Part shown: positions 54,393 through 62,583 of the stretch, one piece after another
How the letters are laid out: each line of letters starts with the position of its first letter
How positions within the stretch are numbered: position 1 is the first letter of the stretch
Assembly (NCBI GenBank): GCA_035559675.1
Contig: DATMAZ010000092.1
Location: 1-63,305 of the forward strand
DNA length: 63,305 nucleotides
Direction of reading: 5' to 3'
From: Candidatus Limnocylindria bacterium
GTDB lineage: Bacteria > Desulfobacterota > Binatia > DP-6
Made by a program: the position numbers and the translations under genes
The notes under the pieces: generated by a model
Database searches by the model: none
What the model was told of the DNA's origin: nothing
What the model saw: the letters and a program-made list of their open reading frames with translations, nothing else

Positions 54393-55862
54393 TCAGCCGA
54401 GCGTGATGCCGAGCGCGGGCCAGACCAGCCACGCCACCAGGTTGAACGTGATCCACGCCGACACGCAAAGGATCAGCCCGGGCAGCAGCATGTCGCGAAC
54501 GTTCAGATAGCCGGACGAGTAGGCAATGGCGTTCGCGGGCGTCCCGATCGGCAGCGTGAAGCTGAGCCCGGCCGGGACCGCGACCAGCAAGGCCATGACC
54601 CGCGGCTCGATGGCGAGCTGACTGCACATCCCCAGCGTGACAGGCATCAGCAGCGCCACCACCGCCGAGTTGCTCAGCAGCTCGGTGAGCACGATCGACA
54701 GGCCCGAGATGAGCCAGGCCGCGAGCCAGGGCGTGGTCGCCCAGCCGCCGATCGTGTGCGCCGACAGCCAGGTCGCCGCGCCCGAGTCGTTCATGACCGC
54801 GCCCAGCACGATGGCGCCGCCGTAGAGCAGCAAGATGCCCCAGTTGACGTAGCCCTCCACGTCGCGCCAGCGCACCAGGCCCAAGGCGAAGACCAGGACG
54901 GTGGCCACCAGCGCGACCGACGCCAGCCCGAACTCCTCGCCCCCGATGATCCAGCCGGCGAGCGTGCCCAGCATGACGAACGCCACGGCCTTTTCCCGAA
55001 GGCTCATGCGTCCGAGCGCGAACGCGCGCTCCGCGATCAGGTCGTCGGCGGCGCGGATGCTCTTCACGTCGATGGGGTAGAAGGCGTTGATGACGATCCA
55101 GCCCACCGCCAGCAGCACCGCCACGACCGGCAAGTTGGCGAGCGCCCATTCGAGGAAGGTGAAGCTCTCGCCCGACACTTCCCGCGCCATGCCGAGGGCG
55201 AGCGGCGCACGCGCGCCGCCGAGCAGCGTGGCGACGCCGCCGATCGTGGTGCCCCACGCCATCGAGAGGAAGAGCGCGCGGGCGTAGTTGCTCTGGCGGC
55301 GCGGCAGGCGCAGCACCCGAACGATCTCCAGGATGATGGGGAAGTTCATGGCCGCGACCGCGTGCTCGGACATGAAGAACGACATGACGGCGTTCAGCAG
55401 GAACACGGACGCCAGCAGCGTACGAGGGCTGTGCCCGAAGCGGTGCAGGATGACCAGCGCGATCCGGGTCGAGAGCCGCGTCTTCATGATGCAGGCGGCC
55501 AGGATGAAGACGCCGAGGATGAAAAAGACCGCCTCGTTGCCGAACATGCCGTACGCGCGCTTCGTCTCGACCGCGCCGCTCATGGGCAGCGCGACGAGCG
55601 CCAGCAGGCTGGTCACCATGAGCGGCAACGCTTCGGTCGCCCACAGCACGATGCACACCGCGAACACGGCCAGCGCGTGCAGGCCGGCCTCGCTCAGCCC
55701 GGGCGGCGGCGTCCGCGTGCTGATGATCCAGTAGAGGAGCGCGGCGGTGCCGAGCGCCGCCGGCCGGTAGAGCCGCTCGAGCAGCAGCGTGCGCAACGGC
55801 CGGATGTCGACCGTCGGCGGCGGCTTCTCGGCGGGCAGGGCCATGGGTGTGGGCGCAGGCAT
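54393..55862 (-). CDS. DASS/SLC13 family anion:cation symporter
   Basis: VLWATEALPL, FMSEHAVAAM and LLSNSAVVALLMP hairpin motifs, IGTPANAIAY. ATG at 55862. Confidence 0.85.
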   Translation of the reverse strand: MPAPTPMALPAEKPPPTVDIRPLRTLLLERLYRPAALGTAALLYWIISTRTPPPGLSEAGLHALAVFAVCIVLWATEALPLMVTSLLALVALPMSGAVETKRAYGMFGNEAVFFILGVFILAACIMKTRLSTRIALVILHRFGHSPRTLLASVFLLNAVMSFFMSEHAVAAMNFPIILEIVRVLRLPRRQSNYARALFLSMAWGTTIGGVATLLGGARAPLALGMAREVSGESFTFLEWALANLPVVAVLLAVGWIVINAFYPIDVKSIRAADDLIAERAFALGRMSLREKAVAFVMLGTLAGWIIGGEEFGLASVALVATVLVFALGLVRWRDVEGYVNWGILLLYGGAIVLGAVMNDSGAATWLSAHTIGGWATTPWLAAWLISGLSIVLTELLSNSAVVALLMPVTLGMCSQLAIEPRVMALLVAVPAGLSFTLPIGTPANAIAYSSGYLNVRDMLLPGLILCVSAWITFNLVAWLVWPALGITLG

Positions 55863-55946
55863 GGGCCAAAAGCGTCGCACGTGCAAGCGAGCGACAGGCT
55901 CCCTTGCGCGCCGGCCGTCCGCCGTGCTCACAGAGAGACGCCGCGC

Positions 55947-56600
55947 ATGCTCGCCACCGTCGACGTCTTCTGGTCGTTCCGCTCCCCGTACTCCTACCTC
56001 GCCACCCCGCGGCTCGTGCGGCTCGCCGCGCAGTGGACGGTCGACCTGCGCGTGCGGGTCGTGCTGCCGCTCGCCGTCCGCAAGCCCGACTTCTTCGAGA
56101 CCGTGAACCCGCTCTGGCCACCGTATTTGCTGCGCGACACCTGGCGGATCGCGGAGTACTACGGCATCCCGTACGGCTGGCCCGATCCCGATCCGATCGT
56201 CCAAGACTACGCCACCCGGCGGGTGGCGGCCGAGCAGCCGTACATCTACCGCCTCACCCGCCTCGGCGTGGCGGCGGCGCTCGCGGGCCGCGGCTTGCCG
56301 TTTATCGACGAGGTGTCGCGCGTCATCTGGGGCGGTACGGTGCGCGGATGGCACGAGGGCACGCATCTCGCCGAGGCGGCGGCGCGCGCCGGCCTCGACC
56401 TGGCGGTGATGGATCGGGACATCGCCGCCGATCCCGCCCGCTACGATGCGGAGATCACGGCCAATCAGCAGGCGCTCGAGCGGGCCGGGCACTGGGGCGT
56501 GCCCACCATGGTGTTCGAGGGCGAGCCGTTCTTCGGCCAGGACCGCCTCGACCTGCTGCTGTGGCGGCTCGAGCAGCACGGCGTCGAGCGGCGGGCATGA
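55947..56600 (+). CDS. 2-hydroxychromene-2-carboxylate isomerase/DsbA-like thioredoxin-fold protein
   Basis: VDVFWSFRSPYSYL N-terminal block and HWGVPTMVFEGEPFFGQDRLDLL C-terminal block. Confidence 0.8.
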   Translation: MLATVDVFWSFRSPYSYLATPRLVRLAAQWTVDLRVRVVLPLAVRKPDFFETVNPLWPPYLLRDTWRIAEYYGIPYGWPDPDPIVQDYATRRVAAEQPYIYRLTRLGVAAALAGRGLPFIDEVSRVIWGGTVRGWHEGTHLAEAAARAGLDLAVMDRDIAADPARYDAEITANQQALERAGHWGVPTMVFEGEPFFGQDRLDLLLWRLEQHGVERRA

Positions 56601-57057
56601 CGCGCCGTCCGCTCGCCGTCGCCTGGCTGCTCGTGCGCTTCCCCGAGGTGACCTACGCGCCGCCGGCGCCGGACGCCGAGCCCGTGGCCGTGGTCTGCGC
56701 CCGCATGGCGAGCGCGGCGATCGCCGTCCCGGTGGACCCGCGCGCGATCGCGTGGCCGAGACCGAGCATCGCGTGGTCTTCCGCGATCCGTCCGCGCCGA
56801 CGCGCATCCTGAACGGGCCTCGACGTCCGCAGGGGCTACCAGACCGGGACGAACCCGGCCGTCGACCGCCTGCTGGTGCGGGTGGCGGCGATCGATCGAC
56901 TGCTTCGGACACTGGTCTCGATGCAATCCGGACTGCTGTTCACGAACACCGTCGATTGCCGCACCGATCGTCCGCTCGGCGTCGACCTCGGGCACTGCTA
57001 CGGCAACATCTTCATCGAGCCGGGGAACGACGAGCCGATCTTCGTCGATTGGTGACG
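56597..57057 (+). pseudogene. Disrupted ORF: 71 codons, in-frame TGA (56810-56812), then 81 more open codons. Weak kinase/phosphotransferase-like tail.
   Basis: ATGA overlap with the upstream stop. The same frame continues after the TGA through ...GVDLGHCYGNIFIEPGNDEPIFVDW*, which loosely resembles the HGD.H.GN....iDW catalytic-loop region of APH-type phosphotransferases but is truncated. Confidence 0.3.
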
Positions 57058-57118
57058 CCGCTGCCGCGCGATCGGCGGATTGCGGGCCCGGCGGCGAAGG
57101 CATACGACGAGAGGTGAG

Positions 57119-58318
57119 ATGCGGCGCCGCGTGCTGCTGATCGCCGCCTTGCTCGCCGTCCTCGGCATCGGGCTGCTCGTCGGCTTCCGGGCGGCCCTCG
57201 GCCTGCTGCGCGGCGAGATCGTGGCCGCGCTCGGGCCCGGAGCGCAGGTGGGCTCGATCGACGTCGGCGTGCGCCGTCTCGCGGTGAACGAGGTCGTGCT
57301 GCCGGGTGGACCGCGCTGGCCCGCCGAGGCGGCGTTGCGCACGGAGCGAGTGGCGATCGCGCCGAGCCTGCTCTCGTTGCTGACGCCGCGGATCCACATC
57401 GCGTCGGTGGAGGTCGTGCGGCCGTACGTGGCGATGGTGCGCACGCGACGCGGCAAGCTGCGCGTCGTGCCGACCCTTCTCGAGGAGCCCGTGCGCGAGG
57501 GGCGCGCACCCGACGACGCACCGGCGCCGCCACGCCCACGCCGCCAGAAGGAGGCGTCCCCGCGGGAGGCCGGCACGACCCGCGACGCCGACGAGCGGGC
57601 GGTGACGGTGCGGCGCATCACCATCGAGAACGGTGAGGTCGATTTCTACGACGGCAGCGTGGCCCAACCGCCCTGGCGCTTGCGGCTGGTCGGGGTGGAG
57701 GCCACGGTCGAATCGGTGACCGCGCCGGAACCGAGCGGGCCCTCGGGCCTCGACGTCCGCGCCACCCTCGACGGCCCGTCGCGCGACGGCACGATCACGC
57801 TCACGGGTTGGGTCGATCCCGGAACGAAGGACCTCGAGCTGCACGCGCGGCTGCGCGGCGTCGACCTGCTGGCGTTCCAGCCCTACGTGGCGCGCTCGAC
57901 CAGCGCGCGGCTCGCGGGCGGCGCGTTCGACCTCGACCTCGATGCCACGGTGCGGGAGGGACGGCTCACCGCCCCGGGCCGGCTGGTGCTCTCCGACGTC
58001 GCCGTGGCGCCGGGACGCCGCGGCTCCGAGCGCGTGCTCGGCGTGCCGCGCGAGCTGCTGCTCGCGGCGTTGGCCGCCAAAGGCAATCGCATCGAGGTTG
58101 CGTTCACGCTGGCGGGCGACCTGAACGATCCCCGCTTCTCGCTGAACGAAGCCGTCGCCACGCGCATCGTCGCGGCGCTGCTGGAGTCGCTCGGCGGGCT
58201 CAGCATCCCCGGGCTCGTGGAAGGCGTGGGCGAGCTCGGCGGAACGGGTCTCAAGGGAACCGGCGAGGTGGTGAAGGGCGTCGGCGACGCGCTGAAGGGC
58301 TTGCTGCGCCGCCGCTGA
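57119..58318 (+). CDS. DUF748 (AsmA-like) domain protein
   Basis: GAGAGG RBS, an N-terminal TM, ITIENGEVDFYDG, and DLLAFQPYV...GGAFDLDLDATV repeats typical of DUF748. Confidence 0.7.
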   Translation: MRRRVLLIAALLAVLGIGLLVGFRAALGLLRGEIVAALGPGAQVGSIDVGVRRLAVNEVVLPGGPRWPAEAALRTERVAIAPSLLSLLTPRIHIASVEVVRPYVAMVRTRRGKLRVVPTLLEEPVREGRAPDDAPAPPRPRRQKEASPREAGTTRDADERAVTVRRITIENGEVDFYDGSVAQPPWRLRLVGVEATVESVTAPEPSGPSGLDVRATLDGPSRDGTITLTGWVDPGTKDLELHARLRGVDLLAFQPYVARSTSARLAGGAFDLDLDATVREGRLTAPGRLVLSDVAVAPGRRGSERVLGVPRELLLAALAAKGNRIEVAFTLAGDLNDPRFSLNEAVATRIVAALLESLGGLSIPGLVEGVGELGGTGLKGTGEVVKGVGDALKGLLRRR

Positions 58319-58333
58319 GGTGCGCGGGCGGGA

Positions 58334-59518
58334 TCAGCGCCGCGAGTGCGCGCGCGCCTGGCGCTTCGCGATGCGCACCAGGTTGCCCATCGCCACGTTG
58401 GCATCGATGAGATGCATGCCCCACTCGGGCGTGAGGTCACCGCCGATGTCGTCGATGCGGGGATCGTCGGGGTCGCCGTGTACGATCAACGAGAGGTAGA
58501 CATGGCCGTTGCTCTCGGCGCACTCGGCGTCGAGAAACTTCGGGAGCGTGACGAAGGGCGTGGTGATCTCGACGCCCCGGGCGGGATCGACCCAGTCCGG
58601 CTCGAGGATCGGGAAGATCGGCAGCGTGCGCCCGGCCGTCGGGAAATACGGCACGAGGCGGCCCGTGCCGCCCGCCAGCTTCGCCGGATTCGTGCACGCG
58701 GCCTGCAACCCCTCCGCTCGCGCCCGGCCGAAGAGGCTGTTCGGAGGCGGTGGCGCCGTCGAGCGGAACGACGCGTAGCTGATGACGCACCCCGTCTGCT
58801 TGGGCGAGCGGCAGAGCGGGATGTTCTGCAGGTCGCCGCCGACGTCGGCGCCGACGGGTACCTGGAAGTTCGTGCCGAGCAACACCGCGGACACCAGGCG
58901 CGCCCGCAGATCGGGGTTCGGGTCGATCTCGTTCCGCAAGAGCGTCGTGAGCCTGCTCGCGCCCTGCGAGTGCCCGATCAGCAGCACGCCGCGTCCGTCG
59001 TTGTCGTTGGCGATGTAGTGCTTCCAGGCGTCGAGCAGATCGGCGTCCGCGAGCGCGTTGTCGATATCGAGCGGATCACCGGCGAGGATCGAGAGGAGCG
59101 CGGGCAGCGTGACTTGCCGGTAGATGGGGGCGAACACCCGGCAGACTGCGCCCAGGCGTGCGGCCTGCTGGCGGACGACGAACAGCTCCTCGTCGATGCC
59201 GGGCGTGAAATCGCTGTTGCCGGTCGGATCCATGGAGATGGTCGGGTAGGCATAGAAGCAATCGATCTTCGGCCGGCGCGCGGCGCGAAAGCGCTGGACC
59301 GCGGTGCGGCCGTTCGGGCGCACCACGGTGGCATCGAGGTCGTGGTCGCAGACGTCGTCGCCGTCGCCCCGACACAGCCACGTCGCCGGATCGGTGTAGA
59401 CGGCGCTCACGTAGCCCGGGTACGGGTTGGCAGGTGGCTCGCGTTTGGCGGCCGCCACGTCCGCCAGGGCCGCGAGGCTGCACGCGAGAGCGAAGGCCAG
59501 CACCGTGCGGTTGAGCAT
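58334..59518 (-). CDS. DUF3089 family secreted alpha/beta hydrolase (lipase-like)
   Basis: Signal peptide. DCFYAYPT, VFAPIYRQ, LLIGHSQGA nucleophile elbow. Confidence 0.8.
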   Translation of the reverse strand: MLNRTVLAFALACSLAALADVAAAKREPPANPYPGYVSAVYTDPATWLCRGDGDDVCDHDLDATVVRPNGRTAVQRFRAARRPKIDCFYAYPTISMDPTGNSDFTPGIDEELFVVRQQAARLGAVCRVFAPIYRQVTLPALLSILAGDPLDIDNALADADLLDAWKHYIANDNDGRGVLLIGHSQGASRLTTLLRNEIDPNPDLRARLVSAVLLGTNFQVPVGADVGGDLQNIPLCRSPKQTGCVISYASFRSTAPPPPNSLFGRARAEGLQAACTNPAKLAGGTGRLVPYFPTAGRTLPIFPILEPDWVDPARGVEITTPFVTLPKFLDAECAESNGHVYLSLIVHGDPDDPRIDDIGGDLTPEWGMHLIDANVAMGNLVRIAKRQARAHSRR

Positions 59519-59660
59519 GTGGCCCTTCTACTGCGTCCCGGGGGCCAAGCGGAACCCGGCAGGAATGGGGCGGCCGCCGCCTCGGGCCGCGCTGGATTGT
59601 GCTGGACTCGCCGGCGCGCGCCGGAGTACCTTCGCCGGCCACACCGGGGGGAGACGAAGA

Positions 59661-60524
59661 ATGCACCGCACGCTTGGAGCTTTGATCCTGTCGATTGCCG
59701 CCGCGACCAGCGCGATCGCCGTGGACATTCCGGTAGTCGGGTTGAAGCTCATCATGGTCGACAAGACGGCGGTCGGTGGCGGCGCCAAGGTCACGTTTGT
59801 GTCGAAGGACGCGAACGTCGCGAAGGGCATGGGCACGGATGCCGCCAACATATTCGCGGGGATGTCGGTCGCGTACGACGGGAAGGTGGGCAGCTTTGTG
59901 ATGCCGCCCGGCTCCTCATGGGTCGTAAACAAGCCAACGGTCGCGAAGTATTCCAACGGTGCGGCGCCGAGCGGCGGTTCGGTCAAGGTGAGCGTCGTCA
60001 AGCCGGGGTTGCTCGTAAAGACCGTCGCGAAATCGCTCGGCGACAGCCCGATCGACATCTCGGCGCCCCCCGCAGGGTCGGTCTACGTCAGCTACGCTGT
60101 GGCCAACGAGGGCGACGGGTACCGCCATTGCACGCAGTTCGGAACGTGCGTCCACAAGGTGGTGGCCGGCGGGAGCGGGTACAAGCTCGTCTGCAAGGGG
60201 GACAGCACCGGGGACCCCACCTGCTCGGGCGCGACGCCCCAGTGCTGCTCGGTCGCCGCGCTCAGCCTGTGCGGGCACCTCGATCCGTTCCTCTGTGTGC
60301 TCTCCGGCGGCACGGTGGGTGGCGCGGCTTCGAGCTGCGACTCGGTGACCGGCACGTGCGGGGCCAGTGCGAGCGCGGGGAACTGCTGCGCCGGCATCTT
60401 CGGGGACGGGGGGGTGGGTCCCTTCTGTATCGCGGGGCCCTTCGTCGACACCAGCGTCTGCGCCGAGCAGGGCGGAACGCACACGGCGTCGGCCGTCTGC
60501 CAGCCCGACGGCAGCTGCAGTTAG
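59661..60524 (+). CDS. Secreted protein: N-terminal beta-domain shared with the protease C-terminus + Cys-rich C-terminal region. No recognised family.
   Basis: Signal peptide MHRTLGALILSIAAATSAIA. LKLIMVDK...AKYSNGAAPSGGSVKVSVVKPG aligns with LKLRDTVG...LRYRNPARTPDGIAKLLIKPG of 46053-47897. 16 Cys in the last ~120 aa. Confidence 0.7.
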   Translation: MHRTLGALILSIAAATSAIAVDIPVVGLKLIMVDKTAVGGGAKVTFVSKDANVAKGMGTDAANIFAGMSVAYDGKVGSFVMPPGSSWVVNKPTVAKYSNGAAPSGGSVKVSVVKPGLLVKTVAKSLGDSPIDISAPPAGSVYVSYAVANEGDGYRHCTQFGTCVHKVVAGGSGYKLVCKGDSTGDPTCSGATPQCCSVAALSLCGHLDPFLCVLSGGTVGGAASSCDSVTGTCGASASAGNCCAGIFGDGGVGPFCIAGPFVDTSVCAEQGGTHTASAVCQPDGSCS

Positions 60525-60607
60525 AGGACGGCCAGCGTCAGTCGCGGACCTCGGGCCGCTCGTCGCCGGGGGAGCGCGGCGCGCTCATGTGCCCGGGGGA
60601 TTGCAAC

Positions 60608-60616
60608 GGGGGGGGG
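60608..60616. repeat. Homopolymeric G9 tract (longest mononucleotide run I noticed in this window)
   Basis: Counted directly: ...TTGCAAC GGGGGGGGG CGGCTG... It lies in the 139-bp spacer between two secreted-protein genes, 48 nt upstream of ATG 60664. Confidence 0.9.
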
Positions 60617-60663
60617 CGGCTGCGGACGATGAAGCGATCGGCGCCTCGCGCGTCGAAGGGGCC

Positions 60664-61719
60664 ATGGCACACTGGGCGGCGGCGCTGTTGAGCATCGCGT
60701 GTTTCGCGTGGGCGGGCGCCGTCCGCGCGCAGGACATGTCGCCGCGCGATCCCGCCGGCACCGTCGGCGTGCAGCTCCTCGACCTCGCGCCCGACACGAT
60801 TGGTCTCCGTTACCGCATGCGGGTGAATGCGTGCGTGAACCAGGCCGCCAAGAAGATAATCTTCGTCGGGGTGCGCACCGTCACGCCCGGCGCTCCGCAC
60901 GGATCGGGCGCCGGCACGCTCGAGCTCGACGTCATGACCGACTGGGTCGAGTACGAGGACGACCTTGGGCACGCCGGCTGGCCCGAACAGGGCATTCGCC
61001 ACCTTGGCGAGCCGTCGCTCTGGCTGCGCAACGTCGACTACGGTGGGGTGGGGCGGGTCGGGCTGCGGCCGCTGTCGCCCTCCGCCCGCGCGCTCTTTCC
61101 GCGCCAGTGCGCCGGCATCGACCGGGTCGGCGGAGCTCGCGCGAGCCTCACCTCGATCGCCGCCATCCACCAGGGCTCCATCCTCGGACGCGACATCCGG
61201 CTGACGCTCGTGCGCCAGCCGCTCCGACAGCTTCCTGTTTCATGGGACTGGGGACATCGCTTCATGCCGAACGGCGCGGTCACACCGATCCTGCCGGCGG
61301 GCCGCTACTGGCCGTGGCTCCTGCTGGTCGAGATGGACGGCGCCCGCCCTGCGCAGCTCGCCTTTCTCGTCGACGAGTCGCGTGGCCAGTACATCGCGGT
61401 CGACGGCGGCGTGTCGATTCGCACCGAGTACTTCCTGCGGCCTGACGTGCCGAAGAACGTCCGTGGCGACTTCCAGCTATACGTTTGGGATGTCGAGACG
61501 CTCCGCGAGGGCGCGGGCCGCTGGGAGCCGCGCCCGCGCTGGGCGTACGGCGAGGACCTGACGCCGACGGATCCCGCAGTGGGCTACGGGTTTCGTGTCG
61601 CCAGCTACACGGGCCGCCCGGTCCTCGAGGTGAGCTACTTCTCGCTCGGCTACAACCTGCTGCGCTACCCCGGCTACTACGCGCAAGTGGGCGACGTGCT
61701 CGATCTCGGTTGGCGATAA
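60664..61719 (+). CDS. Hypothetical secreted protein, no recognised family
   Basis: Signal peptide MAHWAAALLSIACFAWAGAVRA, then a 330-aa non-repetitive, aromatic-rich sequence with GC3-rich codons. Confidence 0.65.
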   Translation: MAHWAAALLSIACFAWAGAVRAQDMSPRDPAGTVGVQLLDLAPDTIGLRYRMRVNACVNQAAKKIIFVGVRTVTPGAPHGSGAGTLELDVMTDWVEYEDDLGHAGWPEQGIRHLGEPSLWLRNVDYGGVGRVGLRPLSPSARALFPRQCAGIDRVGGARASLTSIAAIHQGSILGRDIRLTLVRQPLRQLPVSWDWGHRFMPNGAVTPILPAGRYWPWLLLVEMDGARPAQLAFLVDESRGQYIAVDGGVSIRTEYFLRPDVPKNVRGDFQLYVWDVETLREGAGRWEPRPRWAYGEDLTPTDPAVGYGFRVASYTGRPVLEVSYFSLGYNLLRYPGYYAQVGDVLDLGWR

Positions 61720-61827
61720 AGCCGGCGTTCGCCGCGGCGCCGCGCGGCCGGGAAGCATTGCCTCGGGCACCGAGCCTCTCGCGCCGCTCGTACCGTGGCC
61801 GGCGCCTTGATAAGTCCGTAGACGGGC

Positions 61828-62583
61828 ATGGCGGCGGCGGGCTGGCGCGAACTCTACGCGAGCGAGCTGCAGGGTGTCTGGGCGCAGTGGCTCGTCCCGG
61901 CGCTCTTTCTGGTGTGGATCGCCAGCCGCGGCCGCGCCGCGGGCGGCGTCGCACCCCCCGCGGCGCGGTTCGTGCGGGCGTACGCGATCGTGTTCGCGCT
62001 GGAGACCATGCTCGATCCCTTTGCCGGCGGGCCGCTGCTCCGCTGGCTCGGGCTGGCGGGCGGGCGGGCGCAGACCGCCGTCATGGTGTTCTTCGTGCTG
62101 CTGGGCGATTTCCGGGTCTTCCTGCTGGCGTCGGTGCTGGCGGGCGGCGCCAGTTGCCCGTCGGCGCGCCACGTGGCGGCGGCGCTCGGCTGGACGCTCG
62201 TCGTGCCGCTGGTCGCGGTCGGCGGGGAAGCGCTGGTGCGCGCCGCGGTCGACGCTCCGCCGGAGCAGTCGATCTGGATCGTCTACGAGCTGGCGTTCTT
62301 CGCGCTGGCGCTCGTCTGGCGGACCGCGATCGTGCCGGCTCGCGTCGCAGCGGAGCGCGCCGCCGTGCGGGCGTATCTGCGTGCACTCTGGGGCTACGTC
62401 GCGGCGTACTACGCGCTCTGGGCCGCGGCGGATCTGTTGATCGTGGCGGGGCTCGATGCCGGATGGGCGCTGCGCATGGTGCCGAACCAGCTCTACTACG
62501 CGTGGTACGTGCCGTTCGTTTACTGGCGATTCTTCTCGCCGCGATACGCCGCGACCAGCAGCTCGACCCAGGCCGTGAGGTAG
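61828..62583 (+). CDS. Hypothetical integral membrane protein (~7 TM), no recognised family
   Basis: ATG start. Alternating hydrophobic helices (WLVPALFLVWIA, AYAIVFALETML, VMVFFVLLGDFRVFLLASVLA, IWIVYELAFFALALVW...). Confidence 0.55.
   Translation: MAAAGWRELYASELQGVWAQWLVPALFLVWIASRGRAAGGVAPPAARFVRAYAIVFALETMLDPFAGGPLLRWLGLAGGRAQTAVMVFFVLLGDFRVFLLASVLAGGASCPSARHVAAALGWTLVVPLVAVGGEALVRAAVDAPPEQSIWIVYELAFFALALVWRTAIVPARVAAERAAVRAYLRALWGYVAAYYALWAAADLLIVAGLDAGWALRMVPNQLYYAWYVPFVYWRFFSPRYAATSSSTQAVR

Noticed and set aside
56810-56812. In-frame TGA as a possible selenocysteine codon.
   Set aside because: I could not fold a SECIS-like hairpin at the required distance. The one enzyme in the window that is often a selenoprotein (FDH) uses Cys. 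A pseudogene or sequencing error is more parsimonious.
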